Below the pieces are notes generated by a model. The model did not search any database. It saw only the letters and a program-made list of their open reading frames with translations, and was not told the DNA's origin. A stretch of DNA of 63,469 bases, counting the filler, from Vannella sp. (taxonomy: Eukaryota), in assembly GCA_023345925.1 (NCBI GenBank). It is 8 parts of 8 records of this genome, joined end to end, with 100 filler letters (N's around TTAATTAATTAA, not from the genome) between each part and the next. Parts side by side here need not be neighbours in the genome. Positions count along the whole stretch, not along the records: positions 59,325 to 63,469 come from JAJQQN010000298.1; 7 more parts are not named here. One strand, written 5' to 3'. Below are positions 59,388-63,469 of this stretch, one piece after another; positions within the stretch are counted from its first letter, which is position 1, and each line of letters begins with the position of its first letter. Made by a program: the position numbers and the translations under genes.

Positions 59388-61905
59388 TTGTACTTGGATG
59401 CAGCTGCAAGAGCATCAGGACCGGGTGGGCATTTCCCTCATTCGCCGTCACCACGGATGAGCAACAGGGCGAGGAAGCTTCCTCCACGTCCTCTTCCTCG
59501 GGTTCAATCAGAAGTCAGGCAAGCTTCTGAATCCCCTGTTGGGGAACCCGTGCGAACAATTCGTCTGCCGATGCCTCCTCCTGTCCCGATCCGTCACACC
59601 TTAGAGGCTGCCTCCGCGCCCTCTCTTGTCCAGTGGATCCCTAAGCCCAGATCTTACACTACAGAAACAAGCGCCCCGCCTGCTCCTCCTCCTCGTCATC
59701 AAACGCCTCAACCCCCTCCCAGGTACAGAGAAAAAGGTCCAGAGAGCAGACCTTCACACCCCCGCTTTCCCATACAACCTGACACCATGAGCGAGCTCAA
59801 CTCCTCTCTCAAGAGGCAAAGCTTCCTAGAAACCTCACCCACCACATCTAAACGAGCCCGTATCATCCGCGAGATCGTCGAGACCGAACACTCTTACATC
59901 GCCGCCCTCCAAGCCCTTCAGAGTACATTGGGACCCTTGATTGAGTCCTATGAAGTATCAACAGGGGATGATGACAACAGCTTCCCACTCTCCGAGGCCA
60001 ACATCATCCACTCCACCGCTGGAATCATCCGCGGACTCTCCGAAAGACTCCTCGAGATGCTAGAGCCACGAGTGGCAAGCTTTACCGAAGAGACATGCAT
60101 CAGTGACGTCTTCTTACGCCTAGCAGACTTCATGAAAGTCTACACTCACTACATCAACGCATATCAACCCTTTATGGCCCGATTGTACCCGTTTTGGCAA
60201 ACCCTTCGGGATCGGGATAACGTTGAATACCTCACCTTTGAGTCGTGCTTGATTGTGCCGGTTCAGCGTATCCCCCGATACCAGCTGCTCTTGTTGGATA
60301 TCATTAAGGCTACTCCAGATCAGCATCCAGATCGGCCCGATCTCCAATTGGCGCATGAGAAAGTCGCTGCTGTTGGTGCCTACGTCAACAATATGCGCAA
60401 GTTTCATGAGGAGAGCGCGCAGGTCGTTCAGCTGCACAATAGGTTTGGTTCCCAACTCACAGACGAAACTGGAGTTATTCAATTTGTTCGTTCCCATCGA
60501 CGCCTTTTGAGAAAGGGCGAATTCCTCTTGACTCACTTCAAAGGGAACGTCTTGAACAAGCCCAAGTCGGTTGTGGTGTATCTCCTCAATGATTTACTGC
60601 TTATTGGGTCCCAGACAGAGCAAGGTGGCGAAGGAACCAAACTCTACTCTCTCGTGTGTCTTTGGCTGGCAACTGTAGAAGACTCGTCAGATCCTCTTTC
60701 AGAGGCGCATTCTTTCACCTTCCAACAGGAGGGAAAGCCGCCTTTGACTCTCCAAGCCGCTTCAGAAGAAGTTCGGAATCTTTGGATCACTTCAATCGCT
60801 GATCTACAATCCGAGCTAGAACAAGGAATAAGAAAAGGAGCTGACATTGAAGCGGAGAAAGTCCACGTCTCTGAAACAGTCCAATGGAATAAGCCATTAA
60901 TGCCTTTGGAGATCGCCATGGCACTTAAAGAAGCGCAAGAGGTTAAGAAAGCGACCAGTCAGTACAAAACGCTTCGCTCTGATGAATTGGAAACTACACC
61001 AAAGAAACGACCCATTCTGAAACGATCACTTAGCTTCAGCAAAACAGGAAGGATACGGCCCACCTCTCCTGACAACCTCGCGTCTCCTCCTCAGACTTCA
61101 AATTCGTCAAGCACTCTCTTGGGCATGTCTATTAACTTGAGTGATGTTTCACGGGCGCCCACACCCCTGAGATCACTATCTGCTAGGGGAGTGCTCAGAA
61201 CGCCACTCAAGGATAGAGAAAAAGAGACTCTCTCGGAGTGCTCTACACCTCAAACTGCACGAAACCGTGCTAGCACTTTGTTTGTATCTATTCCATTCCC
61301 TTTGAAGAAGAACGACGCCAAACTGGCCAACTCTCCTGACCCCAAAACAGACATTCTTGGTCGTCTCTTCATCCGCAGTAAGTTCTCTCCACGTTTCAGT
61401 CTATCCACTTGTGATACTAATCAACCAAATAGTATTAGAAGCTCGAGGACTCAAGCTGAAGGGAGATAATACAGTCGATGCTTTTGTCGACATGAATCTC
61501 GAAGGCCAACACTTTACCACCTCCGTTGCGTACAAATCTGTGCGACCTGGATGGACTGAAAACAACGAATTCACCCACGATCTCTTCACAACAGAGGAGG
61601 ATCACTTTTATCTGGACCTGAAACTTCTCCACAAGCGAGCTGGCAAGGTGGACCAGCCAATTGGGGAGATTCTCATCAAGCTTATCAAGCGCGCTGAGTC
61701 CCGCTTTGCTGACAAATGGTACACTCTCATGAGGAAAGGGAAGACAACCGCAGAGATTCGTGTTCAGCTCCACTTCCTCACGAAGGAGGATCTACAACAG
61801 GGTTCTACAACGATGGATATCTTCGAGACCAAGAGAGTGGACAAACTCTCCCTTTCAGAGCAGCGCGTCGTTGACCACCTCGATCGGCTTGGGTCTCCCC
61901 TCTGA
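59388..61905 (+). CDS. RhoGEF DH-PH protein with a C-terminal C2 domain (start uncertain)
   Basis: EIVETEHSYI, IVPVQRIPRYQLLL and YLLNDLLL. Intron 61377-61437 joins the C2-like VLEARGLK..DAFV..PIGEI..WYTL. Confidence 0.88.
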
Positions 61906-62023
61906 TGCCAGTCTGAGCAAGACGCAGGAGGATAAATTTATTGTGTACACCAGTACATGGAACAATGTTACATGATCTTAAAGATCACCAGTAGCAGGGG
62001 AAGGCAGGTCCGCCACGGTTCGC

Positions 62024-62797
62024 TTACAAGAGGCTGCAACCCTTCTTCTTGCCACCGGAGCCAGAGGGCTTGGGACCACCTCCTCCAACAACACTAGTGA
62101 GAGCCTCGTCGAAGACGTTCTTGAGGCCCTGGCGAGTAAGGGCGGAGCACTCCAGGAATTTGAGAGCACCAAGATCTTTGACCATGGCGTTAGCTTCCTC
62201 CTCAGTGATGGGAGCCTTTCCCTCCTTCTTCAGGTTTTCCAGTGTGTTCTCGTCTGTCCTCAAATCGGACTTGGTGCCAACGATCAACATGGGGACGTTG
62301 GGGCAGTGATGCTTAATCTGAATAAAAGTTAGAAAATAAAGTAAATAGGTGGCACCATAGAGGGCGCGGGTAGTGTGGTCGTACCTCGACATACCAACGA
62401 TCCTTCACGTTGATGAAAGAAGGGTGGTTCACCACGGCGAAGCACAAAATGAAGATATCAGTCTTAGGATAGCTCAAGGTTCTGATTCTTGCGTAACCCT
62501 ATTCGATTGCATACAAAGATGAGAGAGGGAACCGACCGGTTGGTGGGTAGCTCACCTCCTGTCCAGCTGTGTCCCAAAGAGAGAACTTGATCTCTTTCCC
62601 TTCAACAATAATAGTAGCCTCATAGTTGTCGAAAACAGTGGGTACGTATTCCTTGGGGAACTTTCCCTCAGTGTAAGAAATCAGCATGCATGTCTTTCCT
62701 GCAAGTGGTGTTATGCGTTGTTCTCTGGTCATAGCCATGTTTGTCACTCACCGACAGCACCATCGCCAACGACGACACATTTAACCTCAGTGGCCAT
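62024..62797 (-). CDS. Rac/Rho-family small GTPase
   Basis: [39 protein letters not shown] and a C-terminal [12 protein letters not shown] motif. Confidence 0.95.
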
Positions 62798-63469
62798 GCT
62801 TGTCCGAGCGGGAAGGGCGAGACTGTTGCTTCCAAAAATCCAGCAGCTTTTCAACCAGTCAGAATGCAAGAAAAATTCACCGAACCAGATGACTTATCTG
62901 AAATCGATTTGATGATCGATTGTCCTTCCAGAACAGAAGTCCCGCTTTTTCTCCCAATCAACAAACAACACCATTGTTGTTCACTTGCTCTGAAAAAAAG
63001 TCTGAGAAATACCGTAATCAACTATTTTGGAGAAGACTTCAAATGTGGTGGATCACAACAGTTTGGCCAAAAGGGCTGCATGTTCTTCATAACACGCGCG
63101 GGGGAAGCTATGCTTCAACCTGCTGCGCCGAATGGTGATCACGACATTTGGTCAGCATAATTTTTAACCAGCGGAGTGTTTGGTGTCTTACAGCCGATCC
63201 TCCGCCCTTTTCTCTTCAGCCATGGAACTTGACATGCCCGCATGGGAGGACGGGACTGGCTGGGCTGTTTCTGAGGTTGACATCTCCTCGAAGAAGAGTA
63301 GCTCATCCCGCAAGAGGCCCGAAGTACCAAAAGGAAGAGCTGAGCCCGCGAAAAAGAAGAGCAAACCCAATCCCCCTGTTCCATCGGGATCCACTGGATC
63401 CACGCAAGCGCAGTCAGCTGAAGGAGAGGAGAGTGGATCAGGAGTTTCATCTTCTATGAAGCGAAGGAT

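Noticed and set aside
62798..63469. Short ORFs at the window end
   Set aside because: Possibly the 3' end of a minus-strand gene continuing outside the window, but no frame or product can be supported.

Overview
This is eukaryotic, very gene-dense nuclear DNA (protist-like, probably amoebozoan by gene content; that placement is inference). It uses the standard code and has short spliceosomal introns of about 40-70 nt, mostly GT-AG with CTAAC/CTGAC-like branch points. The window is not continuous: eight contigs are joined by seven identical artificial 100-nt spacers (44 N + TTAATTAATTAA + 44 N), so adjacency across gaps is meaningless. About 35 genes can be read. Housekeeping genes include PP2C, LTV1, FPPS, a mitochondrial carrier, ATG9, histone H3, PPIL3, a Rab5-family GTPase, METTL5, SDF2, SDHB, SURF2, RPS20 and Rac. 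Signalling genes include two RhoGEFs, a double RasGAP, an AGC kinase, a myotubularin and a PHD-SET protein. There are also secreted/membrane proteins. The standout is an intron-containing gene (33756-36368, minus) that fuses ankyrin repeats to a bacterial-type McrB AAA+ GTPase with the full NTAD signature and no McrC partner in view. It lies on the same contig as ordinary eukaryotic genes and head-to-head with a tandem pair of frameshifted RCC1-repeat genes. Exon boundaries were read by eye and no database searches were run.
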